Below are positions 41,013-51,442 of a stretch of 64,000 bases of DNA, one piece after another (within the stretch, counting starts at the first letter, position 1; every line of letters starts with the position of its first letter). This DNA comes from a virus. A model generated the notes under the pieces. It saw nothing but the letters and a program-made list of their open reading frames with translations, searched no databases and was not told the DNA's origin. The stretch lies in the IMG/VR virus record IMGVR_UViG_3300024503_000332. One strand, 5' to 3'. The translations under genes and the position numbers were made by a program.

Positions 41013-42030
41013 CTGCTACCTCGGGTAGATAGTCTCTGATATTCACATGCCGCCATAAATCTAACTTGTTGATGTTGTCAACAAAATCTTTCTGTTTAAT
41101 AGTATCGGAAGGTGCGTCCATCCAGTTATGGAAATATTTTATTTTAGATTTAAGAGAATCTGGAGCATTCTTTATATCTAACCATTCGGGTGCAGATAAC
41201 ATGATAGGCTGATAAAGTTTGATTTTGTTTTTATCACACCATTCTATTAACTCATCATGATAGAGTGCGTTAAGCACACTGATGCAGGGAGCAACATCGA
41301 CTTTACAGAACTCTGCATAACGTAGAGCATTAGTTTCCACCTCCGACCACTTAGCTCCGTACCTAATATATTCTATACGTTTTCCTACAGCATCTATGCT
41401 CATAGTCATGATGACTTTTTTAAACTTCTTAAGAACATTCACTACCTTAGGATTATAGATTGTGGTGTTAGTCGTAAATCTTACAATAACATCTGGATCC
41501 AATCTTTCTAGAAACTCAGGAAGATATTTGATCATCATAGGCTCCCCGCCAGCGAATGATACTTCTTTCAAAGGTAGATTTTCAAAATATTTTAGATATT
41601 TTTCATCGTACCAGTTTGACACTGAGTTTGGAAATATTGGATGTAACGGAATGATAGAGTTCTTTTTCATCTCTATCGCTTCTTCATTTAAGCTGCTACT
41701 CGAACCACTCCAACAACTTATACATTTTAGATTACAACTGTTTGACCATCGAAGATCTATGTGGGTAATCCCTGGACCATAAAACTGTCTATCCAACCTC
41801 CTGCTTCTAATACCAGCAGCTTCTTCAGTCTTGCAGCGTACACAGGCATCAGGCCACTCGTTTCTTGCAAACTGTTCTCTGGCTGTTTTTACTCTTTCAC
41901 TGTTGAGCCATTCCTCTGGAGTATGAGTCCATATAGTTTCTTTACCAGATGGCTCCATGCTGGTGCAACAGAATCTATATTCACCTGTCGTGGCCACATA
42001 CACTTGATTTTCTAACAGTTTACATTCCAT
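40993..42030 (-). CDS. radical SAM protein (twitch-like N-terminus)
   Basis: C..FCC..CVRC, CNLKCISC, AGGEP. Confidence 0.9.
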   Translation of the reverse strand: MECKLLENQVYVATTGEYRFCCTSMEPSGKETIWTHTPEEWLNSERVKTAREQFARNEWPDACVRCKTEEAAGIRSRRLDRQFYGPGITHIDLRWSNSCNLKCISCWSGSSSSLNEEAIEMKKNSIIPLHPIFPNSVSNWYDEKYLKYFENLPLKEVSFAGGEPMMIKYLPEFLERLDPDVIVRFTTNTTIYNPKVVNVLKKFKKVIMTMSIDAVGKRIEYIRYGAKWSEVETNALRYAEFCKVDVAPCISVLNALYHDELIEWCDKNKIKLYQPIMLSAPEWLDIKNAPDSLKSKIKYFHNWMDAPSDTIKQKDFVDNINKLDLWRHVNIRDYLPEVADAYGIN

Positions 42031-42067
42031 GGAGTTTCTTTATTAAAATAGTAGCATATTATTCAGA

Positions 42068-42077
42068 TAAATATTTA
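42068..42077. promoter_or_regulatory. palindromic TAAATATTTA, putative bidirectional late promoter
   Basis: TAAATA on both strands between two divergent radical SAM genes. Confidence 0.5.
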
Positions 42078-42089
42078 GCTGATGGAGAT

Positions 42090-43301
42090 TTGGATACTGT
42101 GTCTATAGATTTTACTCAAACCAAAAAATGTATATTACCCTGGATACATTTTAATGTAGAGACTGATGGTAATGTCTATCCTTGCTGTGAAGCGGATCAA
42201 AGGTTAGAACCACTAGGTAATATCAATGAAATGAAGTTTGACGATATATGGAACGGCGATCGTTATCTCAAACTTAGGAATCAGATGATCAACGAGGAAG
42301 AACCTGAATATTGTAAAGGGTGCTATCATAGAGAAAAAAATCTTCCTCCTGTTGTTAGAAGCAAACGAATCAGAGAAAATACAACATGGTCGCAGTATTG
42401 GGCTAGAACGACTAGCGCCAGGGTCAACTCTACTATTCCTTATGTTGATCTAAGATTTAATAATCTATGTAATCTAAAATGTAGATTCTGTTATCCTACT
42501 GCTAGTAGCTCTATCGCTTCAGAACAAAAGCAGATAGGACTCATACCAGAAGATAGTTCTTTGCTGCGTCAGACAGACTCTGCCAATGTTTTTGAAATGC
42601 TAGAAAAAAACATCAACGATCTAGAAGAAATCTATTTCGTGGGCGGAGAACCGCTAATCATGGAGCAGCATTATAAGTTACTCAAAATGTTGATCGATTC
42701 AGGGAACACTAATGTTAGACTAAGATACAACACTAATGTTAGTAGATTCCATTATAAGTCAGAAAATGTTTTAGATTACTGGAAACATTTTGATAACATA
42801 TCGGTTAATGCTAGTGTTGATCATTATGGAAAAAAACTAGAATATATCAGGCACGGTGTAGTATGGAATGAAATATTATCTAATCTACAGATCATTTCTA
42901 GAATGCCCAATATAACTTTAAAGATACATTGTCTTTTATGTGTGTTTAACGCACTAGATATATTTGAAATATTCCAGACTTTTGTTTCTCTAGGAATAGT
43001 CAAAGAAAAAAACTTTGATATCGGTTTACTTTTTGAACCAGAATACTATTCTGTACAATCACTAAATCCTAGTTTAAAACCGTTAGTTGAAGAGAGTGTT
43101 AATAAAATTATTTCAGATTTTCCTAATGTAGATGAATATTTTAAGATGAACCTGTCTCGTATCGTAAAACATATGCATGAAGAAGATAAATGGGTACAGA
43201 ATCTTAATCGTTTCAAAGAGAATACTAATACTCTAGATAAGATCAGGAATGAAAACTTTTTAATAACTTTTCCAGAGTTAAGAGCACATATCTATGGATA
43301 A
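42090..43301 (+). CDS. radical SAM/SPASM protein
   Basis: CILPWIH..PCC..CKGC, CNLKCRFC, VGGEP; start probably TTG 42090 or GTG 42099 after GGAG. Confidence 0.88.
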   Translation: MDTVSIDFTQTKKCILPWIHFNVETDGNVYPCCEADQRLEPLGNINEMKFDDIWNGDRYLKLRNQMINEEEPEYCKGCYHREKNLPPVVRSKRIRENTTWSQYWARTTSARVNSTIPYVDLRFNNLCNLKCRFCYPTASSSIASEQKQIGLIPEDSSLLRQTDSANVFEMLEKNINDLEEIYFVGGEPLIMEQHYKLLKMLIDSGNTNVRLRYNTNVSRFHYKSENVLDYWKHFDNISVNASVDHYGKKLEYIRHGVVWNEILSNLQIISRMPNITLKIHCLLCVFNALDIFEIFQTFVSLGIVKEKNFDIGLLFEPEYYSVQSLNPSLKPLVEESVNKIISDFPNVDEYFKMNLSRIVKHMHEEDKWVQNLNRFKENTNTLDKIRNENFLITFPELRAHIYG

Positions 43302-44007
43302 CGATCACAAGAAAATATTAGAAAAGTTTTTCCAGGATAATCTAGATACCTTTTATGCTAGATATCCTGATCTGTTCGATCCTAAGTGGCTGGTAACTGA
43401 ATCTGGGTGGCCGTACTTCAGGGTTAGTTCTCTAGATAACCAGCCCTACAAAAAAATGTACGATGAAGCATTTGCGCTCATGGACCACTTCCATGATCAC
43501 CGAGAGGATTATGGACACGGATGGAAGAGTCTTACTATACACGGACTCAACGAAGATACACAAAGTTTAAATCAGTATGGCACTGATCGTAACGCTGTGC
43601 TAGATCAGTTAGATTGGACATGGGTAGCAGATCGCTGTCCTGAGACTAAAAAGTTTTTAACAGATGTTTGGCCAGCTGAGTTTTTAAATCGAGTTAGATT
43701 TATGCTACTAGAACCGGGCGGTTATATATTGCCGCATCAGGACCGACCTGATGATCAACGTAGACTTAGTGTATGTAATATCAGTCTCAATAATCCCGAA
43801 GGATGTGAGTTTGTTTTTAAAGGACATGGAAGAGTTCCCTTTGACGATCGGGGAAGTGCTTTCCTTATGGATATTTCAAATGTTCACGCTGTATGGAACC
43901 GAAGTGACAAACCTAGATTGCATATGATCATACATTATGAGATGGGACGTAGGATCAGAGATTTTTTCTATGTGCTAAGAAGCAGTTACTATACCAATAG
44001 AGGATGA
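43294..44007 (+). CDS. 2OG-Fe(II) oxygenase (Asp/Asn beta-hydroxylase-like)
   Basis: RVRFMLLEPGGYILPHQD...HAVWN...RLHMI. Confidence 0.85.
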   Translation: MDNDHKKILEKFFQDNLDTFYARYPDLFDPKWLVTESGWPYFRVSSLDNQPYKKMYDEAFALMDHFHDHREDYGHGWKSLTIHGLNEDTQSLNQYGTDRNAVLDQLDWTWVADRCPETKKFLTDVWPAEFLNRVRFMLLEPGGYILPHQDRPDDQRRLSVCNISLNNPEGCEFVFKGHGRVPFDDRGSAFLMDISNVHAVWNRSDKPRLHMIIHYEMGRRIRDFFYVLRSSYYTNRG

Positions 44008-44008
44008 T

Positions 44009-45490
44009 ATGAGAGATTGGAATAGCATAACCTCTGATCGATACATAGATGATAAGTTGTCTACTGTTCCTGTTGGTCTGGGGATATTGGATATATCTAG
44101 GGACATACCTAGCGAAAAAGTCAGGAAACGTAGTTTTGATATGACCTTCTGGATGACCAATCAGAGTCTTAAGATCAATATGGGGACCTATAGAGGGTTT
44201 CATGAACGTATTGAAGACATTCTAGAAGAAAGTTTATTACAAGGTGACGAGATCTGCATCATACAATGTCAAGGAATGATGAGCTTCAGACTAGCTGAAA
44301 TAGTTTCATCTATGGTCGACTATTTTAAAAACAATCCTGATAGATTTGTAGTTGGGCATATAATGGCAAGGAAAGGAAGGTATCCAGGTCTGCATAGACA
44401 GATGCTAGCCGTAAATCTAAAAACTTGGGTAAGACTAGGAAAGCCACCTTATCTAGAACAAGGAGTTTTTTGGGATAGAAAACAAAACTATATTAACTTT
44501 GAAGTCAGCGAAAATAAAATGGCCGCAGACTATACACCGGAATGGATTGGTCCAGCGATGGGCACCGGTCTATGGGCCGAAACCGAAGATGGTGCTAACT
44601 GGGTTGATGCTGCTCTAAGAAACAACATAGAGATAGAAAATTTTAGTATGTCGATGAGAGAATGCAAGGCATTCTTATATCCTTATGAGGACACTGAACA
44701 ACTAGAGCGTTGTTGGAATAATCTCCAGAATGAAACAGAGCTAGACAAGCTAAAAAACTATACTGCTCGAGCATGGTTACGTAAACTAGGATATCAAGAG
44801 TTTATAGAAAAAGATCGTGTATATGCGTTCAACACTGAAAGACTAAGTGCCGAAGGTGTAAGAAGTCCTGGACCTATAGATGCATTATTTTGCGCAGCGG
44901 CAGGATTTAAACCTTTAGCTCTGCTGAGAAATAATACCTTCCATGAGGGCACGGTCGTACATTATTATGATTGGTGTGATTCCAGTCTAAGATTTAAAAA
45001 ACATCTTTTAGAAACATGGGATGGCATAGACTTCCATCAATGGCTCTTAAACCATGATCTCGAATACAACTTTTCTAGTACCTATAGAGGAAACTATGAT
45101 CAGTTCTGGAAGATGGAAGTAGAAAAAGAGTTTGGCTCATATAAGCAGTTTAAAGAGCTCTGGGATCGGTATAGAAAACTAGAGCATCATTACCATGTTA
45201 TTGATATTGTTAACGAGCCAGAAAAACTTTTTGACATCGTAGGTAATCATACAGGAAACAGAGTGTTATGGACTACCAACATTTGGGCCAGTCTTGCCCT
45301 GCACTGGAATGTCGAACCAGAAATATTAGAACAAAAATATCTTAGATTTGAATCAATGATACCTAACGATATGATCTTATACGGTCAAGATTATATGGCT
45401 AGAGATATGTCACACCGTATCAGAGACAATGTTCCTTACACTCATCCACGCTATAAAACCACCAATAAATACATCACCGCAGGGGTGTAA
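44009..45490 (+). CDS. hypothetical protein (493 aa) in the modification island
   Basis: Long ORF with GAGG SD; no confident motif. Confidence 0.8.
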   Translation: MRDWNSITSDRYIDDKLSTVPVGLGILDISRDIPSEKVRKRSFDMTFWMTNQSLKINMGTYRGFHERIEDILEESLLQGDEICIIQCQGMMSFRLAEIVSSMVDYFKNNPDRFVVGHIMARKGRYPGLHRQMLAVNLKTWVRLGKPPYLEQGVFWDRKQNYINFEVSENKMAADYTPEWIGPAMGTGLWAETEDGANWVDAALRNNIEIENFSMSMRECKAFLYPYEDTEQLERCWNNLQNETELDKLKNYTARAWLRKLGYQEFIEKDRVYAFNTERLSAEGVRSPGPIDALFCAAAGFKPLALLRNNTFHEGTVVHYYDWCDSSLRFKKHLLETWDGIDFHQWLLNHDLEYNFSSTYRGNYDQFWKMEVEKEFGSYKQFKELWDRYRKLEHHYHVIDIVNEPEKLFDIVGNHTGNRVLWTTNIWASLALHWNVEPEILEQKYLRFESMIPNDMILYGQDYMARDMSHRIRDNVPYTHPRYKTTNKYITAGV

Positions 45491-45491
45491 G

Positions 45492-46223
45492 ATGAGCGAC
45501 AGAATAATAAAAAACTATGACCCAACCAACCATGGGATAACTCATGATTTTCTCTATAACTCCAATGATTGGGATTTGATAGAGTTAAACTATAATATCG
45601 ATGCAGCTAGATTGCAGCAATGGTGGAATGAAATACTAAATGATCATTCGTATATGCTGTTTAACTTTAATGAAAACTATCAATCTCTTGAGCTTGAAAA
45701 AAGCAAAGAGATGGTTGAGAAAGGATACTGCGGCTATTACTGCGGTCCTATAGATGGTGTAACCCTAGCTTGGCCCAAGGAACGATATGAGCCGTTGCCA
45801 CCGCCGGTGCAGGCAAATCTTGACCTATACCCAGAAGTTAATCGAGATACATTTTTTGATGATGCAAAACTAATGCCTAGATTTAGATTTGGATATTTTA
45901 ACGAGCTGATTAACATATTCGGTGAAGACAGTTTCAGACAGGCTATCGTGACTAGACATCATCCAGGTATGTATATCAGACAGCATAGAGATAGCAAAGT
46001 ATTAAAGTTGCACATACCTATCGAGTCTGATGAAAACTCTTTTTTCCATTTTGGAGAAAATAAAGAAAGAGGCAAGTATCATCTCAAGCCCGGAAAAGTC
46101 TATATATTAAACACAGGTGATTGGCACGGTACTACAAACGAATCCGAAAAGTTTAGATCACATATTATCACAAGAATAGCAGACTGGCATATATTAAAAG
46201 TCATAGGAATGGTCAATGACTAA
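45492..46223 (+). CDS. 2OG-Fe(II) oxygenase (Asp/Asn beta-hydroxylase-like)
   Basis: QHRD..LHIPI..HGTTN..RSH; start MSDRII at 45492. Confidence 0.8.
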   Translation: MSDRIIKNYDPTNHGITHDFLYNSNDWDLIELNYNIDAARLQQWWNEILNDHSYMLFNFNENYQSLELEKSKEMVEKGYCGYYCGPIDGVTLAWPKERYEPLPPPVQANLDLYPEVNRDTFFDDAKLMPRFRFGYFNELINIFGEDSFRQAIVTRHHPGMYIRQHRDSKVLKLHIPIESDENSFFHFGENKERGKYHLKPGKVYILNTGDWHGTTNESEKFRSHIITRIADWHILKVIGMVND

Positions 46224-46872
46224 GATTATGAAAAGGTATATAGAGCAGTTTGATCCTATTGACCTAGGATTCACTGTGTTACCTTGGGTTAAAGTTGATG
46301 TGGATGCTATTAGAGAATGGTATACTGATCTAGAAAAAAACTTCTCTGATTGGAAGTTTGTTGTGGGCGAAAATCATCATGTATGGGAAATCCCTATCAG
46401 CGATCCAACTGGTGAAACTGGTCATGTATTGCCCGATGATACTTTTTACTACACGCTATGTTGGAACAGCGACGAGCCCGGCCCTAAGCCATTTGAACAA
46501 GGCTGTGCAAAACCAGAGTATAGAGACGATGACAATGATCAACTTAATCCTAGAAAATGTTTCTATGGTTACGGACTAGAAGTAGTTAAGTCTTTACCAC
46601 TGAGAAGTAAGAAGTGGCTGATATCGGCTCATACACCTGGAACTAAACTTATTACACATCAAGACGCTACTGATAAGATACGAGTACACATTCCGATCTA
46701 CACCAATGAACAGAGTTTATGGACCATCGGGGAAAAAGATTATCACTTAGAACCTGGGTGGGCATATTTGATTAATACTACATTACCACATAGTCTCGAA
46801 AATAAAGGTAGCACACCAAGGATACATCTTTACGGTAAAGTATGGACTGATGATGTAAGGGCGTTGCTATGA
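46216..46872 (+). CDS. 2OG-Fe(II) oxygenase (Asp/Asn beta-hydroxylase-like)
   Basis: THQD..RVHIPI..PHSLEN..RIH. Confidence 0.8.
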   Translation: MTKIMKRYIEQFDPIDLGFTVLPWVKVDVDAIREWYTDLEKNFSDWKFVVGENHHVWEIPISDPTGETGHVLPDDTFYYTLCWNSDEPGPKPFEQGCAKPEYRDDDNDQLNPRKCFYGYGLEVVKSLPLRSKKWLISAHTPGTKLITHQDATDKIRVHIPIYTNEQSLWTIGEKDYHLEPGWAYLINTTLPHSLENKGSTPRIHLYGKVWTDDVRALL

Positions 46873-47468
46873 AAGTCGTTATAACAGGATCAAGGATTTC
46901 GTCAACGCCCGGACATGTTATTAATGGGTGGATGTATGACTACTTTAAAAAACATGAAGTCGTTCAGCTTAGTAGATCTACAGGATACGATTTTAATACC
47001 GACTACGACAAAGCATTAGAAATAGCTCGTAGTGCTGATGTATTTGTAAACAGCGCAGCAGTCAATGATTGCCAGATAAGATTTTTAAATGATCTATATG
47101 GAGTCGTTCCTAAGATTATTTCTATAGGTAGTATTGCAGGCGATTTTAAAGACGCCTTAGATGATTTTTATCCTAAGATGAAATATCAACTAAAACAGGA
47201 TAATAAGTTGCTACCCTTAAAGAATCTAGGGGTTCACTCGGATCTATTACATCTAACCTTAACAGAGGTAGAAAATAAAGAAGAAAATCTAAAAGGATTG
47301 ACCTACGATCATTTTTCAAAGATATTAGATTTTTGGTTCGAAATACCAATGTTCACTAACATAGATCTGAAATATTTTATCAATGAAGAATATCACAGTA
47401 CTGATAAAAAAGAAAAAATACAACGTGTGTTAGAATATTATGCAAATAGTAAGATTGGCTCGAGATAA
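46869..47468 (+). CDS. short-chain dehydrogenase/reductase-like protein
   Basis: VVITGS, FVNSA, ISIGS, YPKMK (YxxxK). Confidence 0.65.
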   Translation: MKVVITGSRISSTPGHVINGWMYDYFKKHEVVQLSRSTGYDFNTDYDKALEIARSADVFVNSAAVNDCQIRFLNDLYGVVPKIISIGSIAGDFKDALDDFYPKMKYQLKQDNKLLPLKNLGVHSDLLHLTLTEVENKEENLKGLTYDHFSKILDFWFEIPMFTNIDLKYFINEEYHSTDKKEKIQRVLEYYANSKIGSR

Positions 47469-47892
47469 GTTTAAGGCATTGATGATATCTAAAGATATCA
47501 ATGACAGCAATGTCGCCGATTCTAACGACTTTTATATATGTATCAACAGCACAGGCTGGATACACGGAGTACCGTACTTCAAAGAATCTCATAAGAATGT
47601 TATTAATCTATATTTTGACGATGTAGAAATATCAGGACCGAAAGAAATACAATGGTTCGGTGGTTCGACTAAAACCATAGATGCTGTTGCAATGGACAAG
47701 AGTCAGGCTACAGAGTTATACGACTTTATTAAAGAGATTCCCGAATCATCGATAGTATATGTTTACTGTGCCAAAGGTAAATCAAGATCAGGAGCGGTAG
47801 AAGATTTCCTTGAAGGCCTTACGACACCTAGAGAAGGTTCTAATGCACATGTTTTTAATAGTCTTAAAAAGGTAAAAGATGCTAGACTTTGA
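47440..47892 (+). CDS. protein tyrosine/dual-specificity phosphatase-like protein
   Basis: FDD loop and YCAKGKSRS (CX5R). Confidence 0.7.
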   Translation: MQIVRLARDKFKALMISKDINDSNVADSNDFYICINSTGWIHGVPYFKESHKNVINLYFDDVEISGPKEIQWFGGSTKTIDAVAMDKSQATELYDFIKEIPESSIVYVYCAKGKSRSGAVEDFLEGLTTPREGSNAHVFNSLKKVKDARL

Positions 47893-49054
47893 TATAAAAG
47901 AACTGCCTAACATCAAGTTTTCTTATAAAGCTCTTCTTGACTACTATAATGAAGTAGTCTCAGATTATCCACATTTGATGTGGCGACCCAATGACGTCGA
48001 CAGACTAAATCACAAAGTAGATAATATCTATAGTTGGGCTATACAGACAAATCTAAAAGATTCATCAATGCCCTGTCCTCCTTATGATATCAAACATGAT
48101 GACGAAGTTATCGGCACGTTTGATAGTCCTACTGATCTTGTTTTTGGATTTGCAAAGATAGTCATTGATGCATTTCCGAAAATAAGACAGACGGTTATAA
48201 GCGCACACCCTCCGGGCACAATAATACAAGAACACATAGATAATGACCAGTTTTTAAAAATACATATACCTATTAAATCTAACAAGAATAGTTTCTTTGT
48301 ATTCGGAGATCAGAAATATAATCTAGAAGAAGGAAAAGCCTACCTAGTGAATACCACAAGGCCCCATGGAACTTCCAATGATGGCGAAACTGATCGTATA
48401 CATTTTATTTTTAAGTTTCCGATAGAGCTATCGGATGAAATCATTAATAGTGAATGGATATTAGATCCTTCTCAGATAGACTTTGATCTACTAGTATTAG
48501 ATAATATAAAATTTAATCTAACAGACTTATCTGCCTATTATCAAGATATAAAGAATAACTTTGATTATCTAAAATGGACTATGCCGGACGTTCAAGAAAA
48601 AATGTTGACAGGTGTATATGGCTATGGAATTTTAACAAATAAAGATAATGTTGATGAAGCAGTTGATCCCCCGGGTACACGCAGAGATAAGAAAAGATAT
48701 GAACCTCTGATTAAACCGACTAAGATGCTAAAAGGATTTGCAAAAACTATATACGAAAAGATTAGCTATGCTGAAGAAATAGTTATTACAGGACATCCTC
48801 CTTTTACGGGTATCCCACCGCATGTAGATAAGGATGAACATATTAGAGTACATCTTCCGATTGAGGCCAACGATAAATCCTATTTTATTATTAACAATAA
48901 TAGATATGTGCTGGAATCAAAAAAAGCATATCTTGTTAATACTAAACGACTACATACAACTATAAATGAAGGTAATAATGATAGGATACATTTGCATTTT
49001 AAAATACCTATCGGAAAAATAAATCAGTTTTTAAAAACAGAGATAACTTTATGA
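47879..49054 (+). CDS. tandem two-domain 2OG-Fe(II) oxygenase
   Basis: Two copies of H.D..H.PI..AYLVNT..H..N.G..DRIH. Confidence 0.8.
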   Translation: MLDFDIKELPNIKFSYKALLDYYNEVVSDYPHLMWRPNDVDRLNHKVDNIYSWAIQTNLKDSSMPCPPYDIKHDDEVIGTFDSPTDLVFGFAKIVIDAFPKIRQTVISAHPPGTIIQEHIDNDQFLKIHIPIKSNKNSFFVFGDQKYNLEEGKAYLVNTTRPHGTSNDGETDRIHFIFKFPIELSDEIINSEWILDPSQIDFDLLVLDNIKFNLTDLSAYYQDIKNNFDYLKWTMPDVQEKMLTGVYGYGILTNKDNVDEAVDPPGTRRDKKRYEPLIKPTKMLKGFAKTIYEKISYAEEIVITGHPPFTGIPPHVDKDEHIRVHLPIEANDKSYFIINNNRYVLESKKAYLVNTKRLHTTINEGNNDRIHLHFKIPIGKINQFLKTEITL

Positions 49055-50226
49055 AAATATCTATAATAGGTGGCGGATCTGCAGGATGGATGGTTGCGAG
49101 TTATATATCGGCCAAGACCTCTCATGAAGTTGTTTTAGTCGAAAGCCCTAATTTTCCTATTGTAGGCGTAGGAGAAAGTACTATTCCGAGCATAGTTGAT
49201 TTCATGAATGATGTTGGTCTGACTGAACAAGATCTGATAGATGAGTGTGGAGCTATAAGAAAATATGGAATACAACATAACGGGTGGAAAAACTATAATG
49301 ACAGTTGGTGGCACATGTTTTGCTTTGATGAATCTGAGCACGATGAGCAGTTTAGCTGGATGGAAAATCTAACATTACCAAAGAAAAAGTGGCGTCTTGC
49401 TTATCATTTAGATGCTACTAGGTTAGGAATATTGCTTAAAGAAAAAGTAGCTATTCCTAATGGTGTAAAACATATCTTAGATGATATCATTCATGTTGAA
49501 GTAAATGAGAATGGTATCAAAGAAGTCAAAGGAAAAAAACAAACATATACTTCAGATCTTTTTATCGATTGCACAGGTTTTAAAAGTTTACTAAACAAAG
49601 AGCTAGGTGGTAAAAGAAGTCAACACCCTGGGCTAATCAACAACTATGCTGTCGCAGGACCTGGCGTTTTTAAAGAATCTTTAGTAAACTATAGTCAGAC
49701 ATATGCTATGGATTATGGTTGGAGATGGAGGGTTTGCCTACAGCATAGGACAGGAAACGGTTATGCTTTTAATAAAGATATCATTAGCGTTGATCGTGCA
49801 GTAGATGAACTTATAAAGAAAACACCCGGTATAGATGTAGGTAAGATATTTGAAGTTCCTATCAATAATAGTGTTGATTACGAACCATGGAAAAAGAACT
49901 GTGTCTCTATGGGATTAAGTTGCGGATTTTTAGAACCGCTCGAAGCCACCGGTTTATTTTTAATACATGCTCCGTTAAAGTTGCTTGTAAGGTTGTTATC
50001 AGATGATCAGAGACAGACTAAGTTTAATAGAGTATGGAGAAGAATGTATCATCACATAGCTGATTTTCTTAGTCTACATTATAGAACTAGCCAGCTTGAT
50101 CATACCGAATATTGGAGAAGTATTCCAAAAATAGATAAGATTATTTTGCCTCAGCCTAATCAAGTTTTATTCGAAAGATACAACTATAGGCAGTTGGCAA
50201 TATCTAGGAACATAGACTATCTATGA
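49051..50226 (+). CDS. flavin-dependent tryptophan halogenase-like protein
   Basis: GGGSAG, VGVGESTIP, FIDCTGF, GWRWRV (WxWxI-like), GFLEPLEATG. Confidence 0.85.
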   Translation: MKISIIGGGSAGWMVASYISAKTSHEVVLVESPNFPIVGVGESTIPSIVDFMNDVGLTEQDLIDECGAIRKYGIQHNGWKNYNDSWWHMFCFDESEHDEQFSWMENLTLPKKKWRLAYHLDATRLGILLKEKVAIPNGVKHILDDIIHVEVNENGIKEVKGKKQTYTSDLFIDCTGFKSLLNKELGGKRSQHPGLINNYAVAGPGVFKESLVNYSQTYAMDYGWRWRVCLQHRTGNGYAFNKDIISVDRAVDELIKKTPGIDVGKIFEVPINNSVDYEPWKKNCVSMGLSCGFLEPLEATGLFLIHAPLKLLVRLLSDDQRQTKFNRVWRRMYHHIADFLSLHYRTSQLDHTEYWRSIPKIDKIILPQPNQVLFERYNYRQLAISRNIDYL

Positions 50227-50778
50227 TTCTCTCCATTGTTTATAGGTGTCTACATTTAATCTCCATAAAGTCTGTGTAGTATACATATAATAGAAGTTAT
50301 CCTGTATCTTGGTGCATAGACCAATTTTCTGCATCTTGGGGGCCATTACCGTATCCATGCTATGGCTCTTAGCATTTGTAGAAGATTTTTCAGCATTAGT
50401 TGTAAAATAAAACTCTGCCGTTGGATTTTTTTCTAAGATGAAATCTACCTGCATGTTTAGTGATATCATTAGTTGTAAGCTACCTTTTATTCCTCCCCTG
50501 CCAGTATGATATCCTGGAAGGCCAACACCGCGATAGAATACTCTATATGCATTATTGTTAATATCAGGTATATGATGTACTCCGCAGAGATTGATAATAA
50601 TATTTTTATCTAAATCTAATCCTATAAAATATTGCCCGTGAGGCATCTTCATTTCTGATAGTTTGATAGCCTCGAACGATTGATTATTATAATAACCTAG
50701 TTCTTTACATCTATTACAGAAATCAGAAAGAAGATTAAGTTCATCTTCTAAAGGTTTGAAAATAATTTTAGAATGCAT
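50221..50778 (-). CDS. hypothetical protein, possibly GNAT-like
   Basis: 185-aa ORF; fold is a guess only. Confidence 0.6.
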   Translation of the reverse strand: MHSKIIFKPLEDELNLLSDFCNRCKELGYYNNQSFEAIKLSEMKMPHGQYFIGLDLDKNIIINLCGVHHIPDINNNAYRVFYRGVGLPGYHTGRGGIKGSLQLMISLNMQVDFILEKNPTAEFYFTTNAEKSSTNAKSHSMDTVMAPKMQKIGLCTKIQDNFYYMYTTQTLWRLNVDTYKQWRES

Positions 50779-51442
50779 TTTTCCAAGTTTTGTTACTGGC
50801 TGATTTATTTCTTGCTACAAACTCTAATGTTTCGATATTAAAATAATCTCCTGTAGGATTATTGTTAATGTAACATTCTACTAAAGGTTCGACGCTGTCT
50901 ATCACTGTTTCAAATGTAACCTTGTAATCCTCTGGAACTGTTGAAAGATCAAAAGATGTAGAGTTGTACCCGATCATCACCGGAGGTGGTGCTTCAGTCA
51001 TTCCATACCAGTTAGCTACGATCTGCACTCCTCTTTCTCGGAATGTATCGATAAACTCTTGTGTGATTTTACCGCTACCGGCGACCATATATCTTACACA
51101 GTTCATATCTAAATCTTTAAATCCCTTGGTGGATTTTAAAAGTTCTAGATGTCTAGGAATAAGTGATATGTATGTAGGTTGCACTTCTTTAAAGAGTTCT
51201 ATGTAACTATAGGGATTAAAGTTTGCGGATACCAAATGGGCACCACTGATAATAGAAGGATATGCTGTGACAGTATAGTGAGCTATAGTGTTTGCTGGAA
51301 ACACATCTAGTACACGATCATTGGGAGTCAGTCCTATTTCTTGAGCAGACCTCAATGCACACTGTTTGATATATTCCCAACTATGAAAAACTTTTTTAGG
51401 CTCAGACGTACTACCAGACGTGAACAAAGTAATGCCACTCAT
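50768..51442 (-). CDS. AMP-binding (adenylate-forming) enzyme, short form
   Basis: FTSGSTSEPK, YGMTE, TGD. Confidence 0.8.
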   Translation of the reverse strand: MSGITLFTSGSTSEPKKVFHSWEYIKQCALRSAQEIGLTPNDRVLDVFPANTIAHYTVTAYPSIISGAHLVSANFNPYSYIELFKEVQPTYISLIPRHLELLKSTKGFKDLDMNCVRYMVAGSGKITQEFIDTFRERGVQIVANWYGMTEAPPPVMIGYNSTSFDLSTVPEDYKVTFETVIDSVEPLVECYINNNPTGDYFNIETLEFVARNKSASNKTWKNAF

